NCBI GenBank assembly: GCA_038248875.1
Contig: JBBRWY010000006.1
Span: 4,094-68,093, forward strand
Direction: 5' to 3'
DNA from: Treponematales bacterium
GTDB lineage: Bacteria; Spirochaetota; Spirochaetia; Treponematales; Treponemataceae
Length of the DNA stretch: 64,000 nt
The position numbers were made by a program, and so were the translations under genes. The notes below the pieces were generated by a model. That model saw nothing but the letters and a program-made list of their open reading frames with translations, had not been told where the DNA came from and ran no database searches. Shown here in pieces: positions 8,447 to 17,536 of this stretch. Numbering within the stretch: position 1 is the stretch's first letter; each line of letters starts with the position of its first letter.

Positions 8447-9540
8447 GTTACTCTCCGTTTTTGTGGCGGGTCGCCAAGGCAGGACAGAATACTGCCGACT
8501 GCCATTTCAATAGGTATCAGTTTTTCCGCAGCACCATTTTGCCAGGCTTCTTTGGGCATACCGAAGACGACAGAACTTTCCTCATTCTGGGCAAAGCATC
8601 GTGCACCCGCGCGTCGCATTGCAAGAAGGCCGTCCGCCCCGTCCCGTCCCATTCCTGTCAGTATGAGTCCAATCCCTTTTTCCTTTGCAGCGGTCGCAAC
8701 GGATTGCAACAGGATGTCGACAGAAGGCCGATGTCCTGACACTTTGTCGCCTGGTTTGCATTCCACTCGCCACTCGAGTCCGTGCTTGTGTACCGTCATA
8801 TGAAAATCGCCGGGAGCGACGAGCACGAGGCCCTTGTGCACGAGGTCGCCGCTTTTTGCTTCCCGTACTTCAACATTTGAAACCTTGTTGAGCGCTTCCG
8901 CAAACAAGCGGGTAAACACCGGTGGCATGTGCTGCACGAGTACGACGCCAGGCATGTCGGCCGGGAATTGCGGGATGATGGTATTGAGTGCGGTGGTACC
9001 GCCGGTGGAGGCGCCGATCGCAATTATGCGGTTCTCGGTAGTGCTGGAAGTGTTTTCCTTTATGATGGTCTTTTTCTGGTCCGTAATCTTGCCCTGCAGT
9101 TCGCTTTGCGAGCGCCGCAGTTTGACGATGTCGGCTTTCGCGGCCCCTTTTATTTTTTCGGCTAGCTCGGCCAGCATTATACTTAATCCCGCGCGGTTGC
9201 TTGCTTCGGGCTTCGCAACGACTTCGACCGCGCCCGCATCAAGGGCGTCCATTGCACGTTTCGAGCCTTCGAGGGTAACCGCCGAAACAACCACGACGGG
9301 GACGGGATATTGGGGGAGGAGCCTCTTGAGAAATTCGATGCCGTCCATCCGGGGCATTTCGATATCGAGGGTGATGACGTCAGGTTTCAATAAGACGATT
9401 CGGTCGCGTGCCGAAAAAGCGTCGGATGCCTTTCCTACCACTTCAATTTCCGGATCCATGGACAGGCCTCGTTCCAGAAGGTCGCGCGCGATTGCGGAAT
9501 CATCAACGACCAACACCCGTATTTTTTGTTTTTGCGTCAT
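8443..9540 (-). CDS. cheB: Chemotaxis methylesterase/deamidase CheB (REC + esterase)
   Basis: Start trimmed to MTQKQKIRVLVVDDS (ATG at 9538-9540). Catalytic blocks IGASTGG, VQHMPPVFT, LTGMGRDG. Confidence 0.9.
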   Translation of the reverse strand: MTQKQKIRVLVVDDSAIARDLLERGLSMDPEIEVVGKASDAFSARDRIVLLKPDVITLDIEMPRMDGIEFLKRLLPQYPVPVVVVSAVTLEGSKRAMDALDAGAVEVVAKPEASNRAGLSIMLAELAEKIKGAAKADIVKLRRSQSELQGKITDQKKTIIKENTSSTTENRIIAIGASTGGTTALNTIIPQFPADMPGVVLVQHMPPVFTRLFAEALNKVSNVEVREAKSGDLVHKGLVLVAPGDFHMTVHKHGLEWRVECKPGDKVSGHRPSVDILLQSVATAAKEKGIGLILTGMGRDGADGLLAMRRAGARCFAQNEESSVVFGMPKEAWQNGAAEKLIPIEMAVGSILSCLGDPPQKRRVT

Positions 9541-10082
9541 TAATCGGCTCTCTGCAGTTTTTTGATGTCGCTGCCATCCTCGAGGAACATATACTCGTCT
9601 TCGAACCTGATTGATAGAGCGAGCCAACCGTTTGCCGGTGGCAGATCCTTGACCGCAGCGGGTTGCCCGTCAAGACTGGTGTACTGATATCCGAGCACCG
9701 GTAAAACGGCAAGGCCATCTCCCTTGAATTCCCAGGAAAGCGCGAGGTTCATCCGGTAATCATAGCTCGTCCGGCGATTTTCAAGAAGGAGGTCGCCGTA
9801 TATTATAACCCGCTTGACGCAGAGGTTTTGAGTAAATTCATAGGTCGCCTCGTAACATATATTTTCGGTTTCAATGCCCCGCAGGGTGGCGGCACAGAAT
9901 GCTTGTGCGTATGACTCACCATCAACGGTGTGCTCGACCACTTTCCATAATCCGGGTATGATCCGGGCTTTCGGCGCTAGAAAAGATGCAGAATATTCGT
10001 AGTTCCCGCTCTTGTTGGAGGACGCGAGAGACCCGGCAATGAGGTTCGTCATTTCTGTCAGTTTATTTTTTTTAATCGTCAT
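9540..10082 (-). CDS. Hypothetical protein, 180 aa, embedded in the che operon
   Basis: Uninterrupted ORF with an ATGA overlap to the parA-like gene upstream and a 1-nt overlap with cheB downstream. I recognised no motif. Confidence 0.6.
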   Translation of the reverse strand: MTIKKNKLTEMTNLIAGSLASSNKSGNYEYSASFLAPKARIIPGLWKVVEHTVDGESYAQAFCAATLRGIETENICYEATYEFTQNLCVKRVIIYGDLLLENRRTSYDYRMNLALSWEFKGDGLAVLPVLGYQYTSLDGQPAAVKDLPPANGWLALSIRFEDEYMFLEDGSDIKKLQRAD

Positions 10083-10864
10083 AGCGTTTCCAAAAATCCT
10101 TTTTCTATCACTCGTTTATAGTCGCGGGCGGCAAAGCTAGAAGGTCCGCATTCCCAAATCGTGCGGGACTTTTCGAGCGAACGGGTCATGTATTCCGATT
10201 TGCCGATTTCGAAAATGGGAATATGAAAGGACGAAAAAACCTCCCGGTATGTCTTGACCCGGTTCAGCCGATTTTCGGCCTTGGTAAATATAAGCGAGTG
10301 TATCTTGATCGGCTTGCCTGTTTCTTCCGAACAAATCCGAACTTCGTCCAGTATTGATTCCAGTCCCGAAACGGAAAAAAGCTGGAATTCCAGGGGAATA
10401 ATGACCGCATCGCTCGAGCGGATCAGAAGGCGTTCAAGCGGGCTATTGGAAGGGGAGGAGTCGATCAGGATCCAGTCGTACTTTTCGCGCACAGCTTCGA
10501 TGAAAGAGGGGAAGAGTGCGTATGTTTTGACGATGTCCGTATCATGCAGTTCGAGTTTTAGTTTTTTGTTATTCGCCGGAACGAGATCGAGATTCCTGCG
10601 CACATTGCGATGGATAAAATCGGCTGGTTTACATGGCTTTCCGGCAAGGAGCGCGTTCAGGAGATCCCCAAAATTCTGTGTATCTTTGGCCCCAAAAAAA
10701 AGTGAGAGGTTCCCTTGCGGATCTCCGTCGATGACTAAAACCTTTTCACCTTTTTTCGCGAGGCCCGACGCTATTTGAATGACCGATGAGGTTTTTCCTA
10801 CGCCGCCTTTCTGGTTGGCGACCGTCACGACCTTGAGTCCATTTTGGCGGAGACTTATCGACAT
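10079..10864 (-). CDS. ParA/MinD-family ATPase (chemotaxis-cluster associated)
   Basis: Deviant Walker A VANQKGGVGKTS, then VLVIDGDPQGN and ILIDSSPS. Confidence 0.85.
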   Translation of the reverse strand: MSISLRQNGLKVVTVANQKGGVGKTSSVIQIASGLAKKGEKVLVIDGDPQGNLSLFFGAKDTQNFGDLLNALLAGKPCKPADFIHRNVRRNLDLVPANNKKLKLELHDTDIVKTYALFPSFIEAVREKYDWILIDSSPSNSPLERLLIRSSDAVIIPLEFQLFSVSGLESILDEVRICSEETGKPIKIHSLIFTKAENRLNRVKTYREVFSSFHIPIFEIGKSEYMTRSLEKSRTIWECGPSSFAARDYKRVIEKGFLETL

Positions 10865-10870
10865 TTTGTA

Positions 10871-11725
10871 TTATTCTCCCTTTCGATATACTGCCGGTTT
10901 TACATACGAAAATGGACAGTCTTCCCTTCGCAAGGATTCTGAATGTCCGATAAAAAAATACCCGCCCGGCTTAACATACTGGAACAGCGTCTGGACAACT
11001 TTCCTGCGCGATTCCTGATCAAAGTATATCATTACATTGCGGCAAAAAATAGCATCAAATTGTCCTTTCATCGGAAACGTTTCGGCCATTAGGTTCAGTC
11101 TCTTAAAGAGAACCATTTTCTTGATCTCTTCACTTATGGTCATTGTATCATCCGTTTTTTTTCTGAAATACGCATTTTTATAGGCAGCGGGCAGTTCCCG
11201 CAACTTTGTTTCGCTGTAATCACCCCGTTCCGCCTCCTGGAGCGCGGAAAGGGAAATGTCCGAGGCAAGAAGGCCGTAATCGAGCATATCAAGCCGGTTC
11301 CCGTAGTATTCGCGCAACAGCATTCCAATCGAATAGACCTCTTCTCCGGTTGCGCAACCCGCGCTCCATATCCGCAAGGGGTATCGCGCCGACAATTTTA
11401 TTTTGTCCTCTATTCCCGGAAGGATTGTCTTGACGAGAAAATCGAAATGCTCGCGTTCGCGGAAAAAGAATGAATGGTTCGTCGTGATCCGGTTAATCAG
11501 TTCGCTCAGTTCAACGCCCGATTTGTCTGCGGCTAGATAGTCAAAATACGGGGTGAAAGCGCTGAACCCAAGCTGCCGGATGCGCTTCGAAAGGCGACCG
11601 GCAACCAGGATTCGTTTTTGCTCGCTCAAGTAAATACCGAACCGGTCATATAGCATTCCTGCTATGTACTTAAATTCGGTATCACTTAAGGGAACCAGAT
11701 CATTATTCAGTTCCATCATTCTCAA
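10871..11725 (-). CDS. cheR: Chemotaxis methyltransferase CheR (full length)
   Basis: FFREREHFDFL and IWSAGCATGEEVYSIGMLL, with the N-terminal CheR helical domain present. Confidence 0.9.
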   Translation of the reverse strand: MRMMELNNDLVPLSDTEFKYIAGMLYDRFGIYLSEQKRILVAGRLSKRIRQLGFSAFTPYFDYLAADKSGVELSELINRITTNHSFFFREREHFDFLVKTILPGIEDKIKLSARYPLRIWSAGCATGEEVYSIGMLLREYYGNRLDMLDYGLLASDISLSALQEAERGDYSETKLRELPAAYKNAYFRKKTDDTMTISEEIKKMVLFKRLNLMAETFPMKGQFDAIFCRNVMIYFDQESRRKVVQTLFQYVKPGGYFFIGHSESLRREDCPFSYVKPAVYRKGE

Positions 11726-12246
11726 ACCGCCAGGGAAACACCGGACAGATTTTCATCGCGCACGATTTTCTCTACATCGATCAGGATTTTGATGGCTTCT
11801 CCAACTTTACCCATACCGGAAATATACTGATCTTTGCCAGATATAGTCTTGAACTTGGGCGGAGGCTCGATGTTCTTTTCGAGTATCTCCATCACTTCTT
11901 CAACCGTGTCCACGAGGCAGCCGACCAGAATATGGTCGACTTCGGTTATTATGATACAGGTGCGGTTATCGTACGCTCGTTCGGCCATGTCGAAGCGAAG
12001 GCGTAAATCGACGATGGGGATGACCTTTCCACGGAGGTTGATCACCCCTTTTACGTAGTTTGGCAGATCAGGCACCATCGAGATGGTCTGCAGTTCGATA
12101 ATTTCGATCACATATCTGATGCCCACTCCGTAAGACTCTTTTCCTATTTTGAAGAAAAGGTATTTGTTCGCCTGAGTATCTTCGTTGTCATCGTCATCAG
12201 TCAGGAGTTCGTCCTGTGCTTCAGCTTTTCTGTTGTTCTCGGACAT
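11722..12246 (-). CDS. cheW: CheW coupling protein
   Basis: 174 aa with YLFFKIGKESYGVGIRYVIEII...VINLRGKVIPIVDLR. Confidence 0.9.
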   Translation of the reverse strand: MSENNRKAEAQDELLTDDDDNEDTQANKYLFFKIGKESYGVGIRYVIEIIELQTISMVPDLPNYVKGVINLRGKVIPIVDLRLRFDMAERAYDNRTCIIITEVDHILVGCLVDTVEEVMEILEKNIEPPPKFKTISGKDQYISGMGKVGEAIKILIDVEKIVRDENLSGVSLAV

Positions 12247-12260
12247 ACTTCCTCCTTTTT

Positions 12261-15128
12261 TTAGAACTTGCCGAAATTATTGTCGTCGAGCGAAATAATG
12301 TCGGCAGGATTGACCTTGGACGGTTTTGATCGAGTTACTGCTGCGTTTTGCATTTTAGCTGCAGATGCCATCGTTGGTGCTGATTGCCGGTGGGAATTGT
12401 CTCGATTGGCCAGTTCTGTACGGAGCATGGCCATGACGTCCGCATTGTTCATCTTTCCTTCCTGCGCCTTCAGTTTGAAACGGCCGAGCATAGACTTGAC
12501 CTGTTGTGCCTGAGATGACAGTTCTTCGGATGCCGAGGCGCTTTCTTCCGCGCTTGCCGTATTGCTCTGTGTTACCTGGTCGATCTGGTTGAGACCGAGG
12601 GAAATCTGTTCGAGGCCTTGCGTCTGTTCGCGTCCGGCCGTTGCCACTTCTTCGGCAAGGACTACTACCTGTGATGCGCCATCAACAATTTCGCTCAGTT
12701 GTTTTGCCGTACCATCCACGAGGACGTTACCGCGCTGGATGTTACTGATCGCTTCATCTACCATGATCGTCGTTTCTTTAACCGAACTTGCGCTGCGGAC
12801 AGCGAGGTTGCGAACTTCTTCGGCGACGACCGCGAAGCCTTTTCCGTACTTACCGGCTCGGGCTGCTTCGACGTTTGCATTGAGTGCAAGGAGGTTGATC
12901 TGGAAGGCGATGTCATCGATCGCGATGACGACTTTCTTGATTCCCTCTGCGCTGGCATTAATGTCCTTCATTGCGGAAACGAGTTCGTTCATCTGGATAT
13001 TACCCTTTTGAGCATTATCCTGTGCACCCTTGGCAAGGGTGTTCACCTTGAGAGCGTTTTCCGTATTGGTACGGGTCTGGCTCGAAATCTCGGTAGTGGA
13101 AGACGTAATTTCTTCGAGCGAAGCCGCCTGTTCGGTAGCTCCCTGCGAAAGAGCCTGGCTTGCTTGCGATACCTGCAGCGAACCTTCTGCTACCTGATCA
13201 ACCGCCGTGGTGATTTCGCCGAGGGTGTTGTTGATTGATTCGAGCGAATCGTTCATTGAGGTCTTGAGAATGTCGAAATCTCCCTTATACACACCATTCA
13301 TGCGCAGCGTCATGTCGCCTTCGGCAAGTCGGGTAAGGATAGCAATTGTTTCGTTAACCGGTGTGATGACGAGGTCGAGTGTCTTATTAACACCGTCGAC
13401 GATCTTCTTATAATCCCCCTGATGCTTCGTAGCATCGGCACGGGTCGAAAGCTTTCCGTCGATAGCTGCTTCGACAAGTATACTTGCATCGCTGACGAGT
13501 GCGTTGATCGCGACAATACAAGCGTTGAGGTTCGTTTTGATAATATTGTATTGCCCTTTGTACACCGAGGTAATCTGTTCGGGAATCGCTCCACGAGAAA
13601 TCTTGTCAACATAGTCGGCTGTTACCATCAACGGATTGACGATGTTGGTGATGGTTTCGTTGACGCCTTTGACCAGCTGATTCCATCCGCCGAGGAATAT
13701 GTCGGCGTTGGCACGTTTGTCCAGATCTCCGTCCGCTGCAGCCCTGATGATGACATCTGTTTCACGGAGGAGGTCACTCATCATTTTGACGACAGAATTG
13801 AGGTTGTTCTTGATGATGTTGAAGTCGCCATTGTAGGAATCGGTGATAACCGGCGGAATGACACCCTTACTGATATCATCAACATATTTCGCGGTGACGT
13901 TGAGTGGTCCGATGACTGCATCAAGTGTTTTGTTGACGCCATCCACGATCTTGCGGTAGTCGCCCTGGTGCTTGGTGGCGTCTGCGCGGGTCGAGAGTTT
14001 GCCGTCGACAGCTGCCTGCACGAGTAAGCCTGCGTCCACGACGAGCGCATTGATGTTGTCTATTGCCAGATTCAGGTTGTTCTTGATTTCGTTGAAGTCA
14101 CCGTTGTATGAATCCGTGATCTTCGGCGGGAGGTCGCCTTTCGAAATACGGTCAACATAGTTCGCTGCAACATTGAGCGGTCCGATAACGGCATCGAGTG
14201 TCTTGTTGACGCCTTCGACGATCGAATGGTAGCCGCCTTTGAACTTCGAAGCATCTCCGCGGGTGGACAGCCTTCCGTCCACGGCAGCCTTGGTGAGCAT
14301 CTCTGCTTCGCCGATCAGCGCTCCGACAGTCGCGATGACGCCATTGAGGGAGGTTGCAACCTGCATGAACTCATCTTTCGATTTGACTTCCATTTTTTCT
14401 GAAATATCGCCTGCGGCAAGTTTGTCAAGAATAGCGACAGATTTTTTGAGCGGATTAGCAATCGATGTGCCCAGAATAATTCCGAGGATGAGGGCAACAA
14501 TGAATGCAAGTATGGTCACAATGATAAGAATGACTTTACCCGTATTCGCGCTCTGTATTGCCTGTTTGGGCAGGTCGATTCCATAATATTGCTGGTCATA
14601 GGTAAGAACTTTTCTCACCGCGTTTTGAACGTTGTCGAAGACGAGTCGTTCATCGCCGGAAATAAGTGCATATATTTCCCGGAAATATGCTTCACGTTCC
14701 TCCGGTCCCGCGTTTTTCGCTTTTGTCGCGAGTTCCATTATTGTATTATTGTAGGCAGCCGCTGGCCCAATCAGGGCGGTAACTTCTTTCCAGAGTTTGG
14801 CCTCTTCGGGGACATTGGGAATAGCCTCGAATTTCTCGAGCGCTGCCTTGTAGGAGGTCCGCGCTTTTTCTATATTGGCCAACTGCCGCTTGTATGTTGC
14901 CTCGTCATCAATAGTCAGGGGATTAGAGAGCGTACGTATGGCTACTTTCAGATTGGTCAGTTCCAGATCGATAGAACTCAGGGCATTGAGAGAAGGGATG
15001 GTCTCTTCCGCTAAGGCAACTAGGTTTTTATCAAGGCTGCTTATCTGCATAATTCCCACTACACCAACGATGCCGCATAATACTGCTACGGCGATGAAAC
15101 CGGTAAGCAACTTGGCCAATATTTTCAT
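12261..15128 (-). CDS. Transmembrane methyl-accepting chemotaxis protein with a poly-HAMP array
   Basis: Two TM helices flank a ~170-aa extracytoplasmic domain. These are followed by four ~91-aa repeat units and then the signalling core [47 protein letters not shown] lies upstream of the ATG. Confidence 0.9.
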   Translation of the reverse strand: MKILAKLLTGFIAVAVLCGIVGVVGIMQISSLDKNLVALAEETIPSLNALSSIDLELTNLKVAIRTLSNPLTIDDEATYKRQLANIEKARTSYKAALEKFEAIPNVPEEAKLWKEVTALIGPAAAYNNTIMELATKAKNAGPEEREAYFREIYALISGDERLVFDNVQNAVRKVLTYDQQYYGIDLPKQAIQSANTGKVILIIVTILAFIVALILGIILGTSIANPLKKSVAILDKLAAGDISEKMEVKSKDEFMQVATSLNGVIATVGALIGEAEMLTKAAVDGRLSTRGDASKFKGGYHSIVEGVNKTLDAVIGPLNVAANYVDRISKGDLPPKITDSYNGDFNEIKNNLNLAIDNINALVVDAGLLVQAAVDGKLSTRADATKHQGDYRKIVDGVNKTLDAVIGPLNVTAKYVDDISKGVIPPVITDSYNGDFNIIKNNLNSVVKMMSDLLRETDVIIRAAADGDLDKRANADIFLGGWNQLVKGVNETITNIVNPLMVTADYVDKISRGAIPEQITSVYKGQYNIIKTNLNACIVAINALVSDASILVEAAIDGKLSTRADATKHQGDYKKIVDGVNKTLDLVITPVNETIAILTRLAEGDMTLRMNGVYKGDFDILKTSMNDSLESINNTLGEITTAVDQVAEGSLQVSQASQALSQGATEQAASLEEITSSTTEISSQTRTNTENALKVNTLAKGAQDNAQKGNIQMNELVSAMKDINASAEGIKKVVIAIDDIAFQINLLALNANVEAARAGKYGKGFAVVAEEVRNLAVRSASSVKETTIMVDEAISNIQRGNVLVDGTAKQLSEIVDGASQVVVLAEEVATAGREQTQGLEQISLGLNQIDQVTQSNTASAEESASASEELSSQAQQVKSMLGRFKLKAQEGKMNNADVMAMLRTELANRDNSHRQSAPTMASAAKMQNAAVTRSKPSKVNPADIISLDDNNFGKF
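13209..14288 (-). repeat. Intragenic tandem repeat, 4 x ~273 nt (91 aa), encoding the poly-HAMP units of the MCP
   Basis: Units start at residues 281 (AAVDGRLSTRGDASKFKGGY), 372 (AAVDGKLSTRADATKHQGDY), 463 (AAADGDLDKRANADIFLGGW) and 554 (AAIDGKLSTRADATKHQGDY). Each contains GVNKTLD...YNGDF..IK.NLN. Confidence 0.85.
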
Positions 15129-15204
15129 TTATATCCTCCTAAAAAGTGAGACAGTCCTTTGAACTATCTCGATAACCCGTAATTGATATAGTAACCTGTA
15201 CGGA

Positions 15205-17457
15205 TTACTCGAGACGCATTGATAATAATTTTCCCGTATCTATGATAAAACTGACGCCGCCGTCGCCGAGAATGCTGCAACCGGATATGCCTTCGACCTT
15301 GCCGAGATACTCGGAAAGGGATTTGACGACTATCTGCTGGTTGCCGATGACCTCGTCGATCAGGATGCAGGCCTTGCGGCCGTTGTTCTGTACCACAATG
15401 ACGATGCCCTTGCTGGGATCGGTCACTGCGCCGGGAATCTTGAAGACCTCGGCGAGCTTTATCAGAGGTAAAAACCCGGACCGGATGTTTATGGTTTGCT
15501 CGCCCTTTTCGGTCTGCGTGACTTGTGCCGGCGTTACCTTGAAGAATTCGAAAATGTCATTGAGCGGAATGGAGTAACGGTTTTTGCCTGCTCGCACGGT
15601 AATGCCGTCGATAATGGCCATCGTAAGCGGGATGGTAAGAATGAACTCGGTGCCCTGACCGACTTCGGTTTTTATTTCGACTTTCCCCCGGATTCGTTCG
15701 AGGTTTTTTTTAACAACGTCGAGACCGACCCCGCGACCAGAAACTTCTGATACTACGTCTGCAGTTGAAAAACCTGGCTCGAAAATGAAGGCATAGGCAT
15801 CCTTGTCCGAAATGGTCGCCGGATCCTGTTTCAGAATCCCGTTTTTAGCAGCTTTCGCGAGAATTTTATCTCGATTGAGCCCCGCGCCGTCATCCTTGAT
15901 ACTGATCCAGATCTCCGAGCCTTCATACCGCGCATCGAGGTGAACCGTACCTGTTTCCGGTTTACCTGTTGCTTTCCGTACTTCTCTCGACTCGATTCCG
16001 TGATCGATAGAATTGCGCAGAATATGGACCAGTGGATCTGATATTTGCTCGATAACATTCTTGTCCATTTCGGTGTCCTGGCCCGAAACGATGAAGTTGA
16101 TCGGTCGGTCGAATTTGCGGGAAAGATCGCGCACGAGGCGGGTCATCTTCTGGAACAGACCGTCGAGCGGAATCATGCGGATCATCATGGTCGTTTCCTG
16201 GATTTCGCGACTGATCTTGTTAAGACTTGCGAACGACTTTGCAAAGCTGTCCAGTTTGAGACCAGTCAGATCGGCGTTGTTGATGACCATAGATTCTGCG
16301 GTAATCAATTCGCCGACCAGTTCGAATAATTTGTCGAGCTTGGAGGTGTCCACGCGGATTTCCTTGCGGACAACTTCCTTGCTTGTTTCCTGCTCCGGAC
16401 TCGGTCCTTGCGCTTTCTGGATTTTAAGGGCTTCGTTCAGGTCCTCGCGGGCGACCGATCCTTTCTGGACGAGGATTTCGCCGAGCGGGCGCTCCTGTTC
16501 GTCGAGGGCGTCCTGGATCGTTTCGTCTTTGATGACGCCCATGTCCACCAGAATTTCTCCGAGCGGACGATAGGGTGTCGGAGGTTCGGTTGACGTAACA
16601 GCCGGAGGCACGAAGGGCAGGTCAAGCGGGTCGGTATCCGCTTGTGTGATCGAATCGTTTCCAGCTTCCTGGATAACAAGCGTATTGAGACTCATCCGTA
16701 TACGATCTATGGTATGAATTATTGTATTGATGAATGGCTCACCCACCGGCGTCGGGCTTTTGCGTGCAGTGTCCAGCACTGTTTCGAGGTTCATACACAG
16801 GGCTTCAAGGAAAGAATATCCGAAGAACCCCGAGTTGCCTTTTATAGTATGAATCGCCCGAAACATGTCGTGAACCGCATCTGTACTCACTGCCTTGGGA
16901 TTGATCTCGAGTGCTATTTTTTCGGTACGATCGACGAGGTCGGCACATTCGCCAATAAAGCGTTGTACCATATCGCGGGTAACGAGGTCACTGAGGAACA
17001 GTTCGTTGGGAATGGCGGGTACGGCTGATTCTTTCGGTTTGTTACCATCCCGTAATGATTTGATCATCGCGGTTACAATAGAAGTCTGTTTTGCAACTTC
17101 TTCAGCGCCGCTTTCATCGGTATATTCTTTTTCCACAATACCGATCAGCTTGCGCAGAATGTCAACGGTTGCATACACCACATCAAGGGCATCGGCAGTG
17201 ACCGGCACTTTTTCCTTGAGAAAGACGTCAAGCATCGTTTCGGCTTCATGGGTCAATTTTTTGATATTTTCAAATCCCAGATAGCCGGCCGATCCCTTTA
17301 CTGAATGAAAAAGGCGGAAAACCGAATTTAATTGTGCAGTGTTGTCGCCATCTCCCAGACGGGATAATTGTGTTTCCGAATCGTCAAGACGTTCATACCC
17401 TTCTGCAACGAAGGAAAGAAGAATCTCGCGAGTTTCATCATCGATGCTTTTGGGCAT
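15205..17457 (-). CDS. cheA: Chemotaxis histidine kinase CheA (two HPt domains, no recognisable P2)
   Basis: Start trimmed to MPKSIDDETREILL (ATG at 17455-17457). HPt boxes FHSVKGSAGYLGF and IHTIKGNSGFFGY. N-box DPLVHILRNSIDHGIE, G1 IKDDGAGL, G2 SGRGVGLDVV. C-terminal CheW-like domain. Confidence 0.9.
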   Translation of the reverse strand: MPKSIDDETREILLSFVAEGYERLDDSETQLSRLGDGDNTAQLNSVFRLFHSVKGSAGYLGFENIKKLTHEAETMLDVFLKEKVPVTADALDVVYATVDILRKLIGIVEKEYTDESGAEEVAKQTSIVTAMIKSLRDGNKPKESAVPAIPNELFLSDLVTRDMVQRFIGECADLVDRTEKIALEINPKAVSTDAVHDMFRAIHTIKGNSGFFGYSFLEALCMNLETVLDTARKSPTPVGEPFINTIIHTIDRIRMSLNTLVIQEAGNDSITQADTDPLDLPFVPPAVTSTEPPTPYRPLGEILVDMGVIKDETIQDALDEQERPLGEILVQKGSVAREDLNEALKIQKAQGPSPEQETSKEVVRKEIRVDTSKLDKLFELVGELITAESMVINNADLTGLKLDSFAKSFASLNKISREIQETTMMIRMIPLDGLFQKMTRLVRDLSRKFDRPINFIVSGQDTEMDKNVIEQISDPLVHILRNSIDHGIESREVRKATGKPETGTVHLDARYEGSEIWISIKDDGAGLNRDKILAKAAKNGILKQDPATISDKDAYAFIFEPGFSTADVVSEVSGRGVGLDVVKKNLERIRGKVEIKTEVGQGTEFILTIPLTMAIIDGITVRAGKNRYSIPLNDIFEFFKVTPAQVTQTEKGEQTINIRSGFLPLIKLAEVFKIPGAVTDPSKGIVIVVQNNGRKACILIDEVIGNQQIVVKSLSEYLGKVEGISGCSILGDGGVSFIIDTGKLLSMRLE

Positions 17458-17536
17458 ACCTTTTTTCGCTCCCGATAGTTTATTTAAGTGTAGTTGACAC
17501 TTAAAAAAAAACAAGGGGTAAAAAAATAATTTTTGT

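Noticed and set aside
8834-9565. Long antisense or alternative-frame ORFs. Examples: 8834-9565 (+), 17661-18344 (+), 34375-35130 (-), 44478-45083 (+), 45731-46384 (-), 47475-48080 (+), 51991-52731 (+), 59070-59690 (-), 6175-6609 (-)
   Set aside because: Each overlaps a gene with strong family motifs on the other strand or frame. Their translations are Ser/Arg/Pro-rich with no recognisable domains.
13209-14288. Regular 273-nt periodic repeats considered as CRISPR or VNTR
   Set aside because: The period is far too long for CRISPR and there is no repeat/spacer alternation. The region is in-frame coding sequence for HAMP-like units within an intact MCP.
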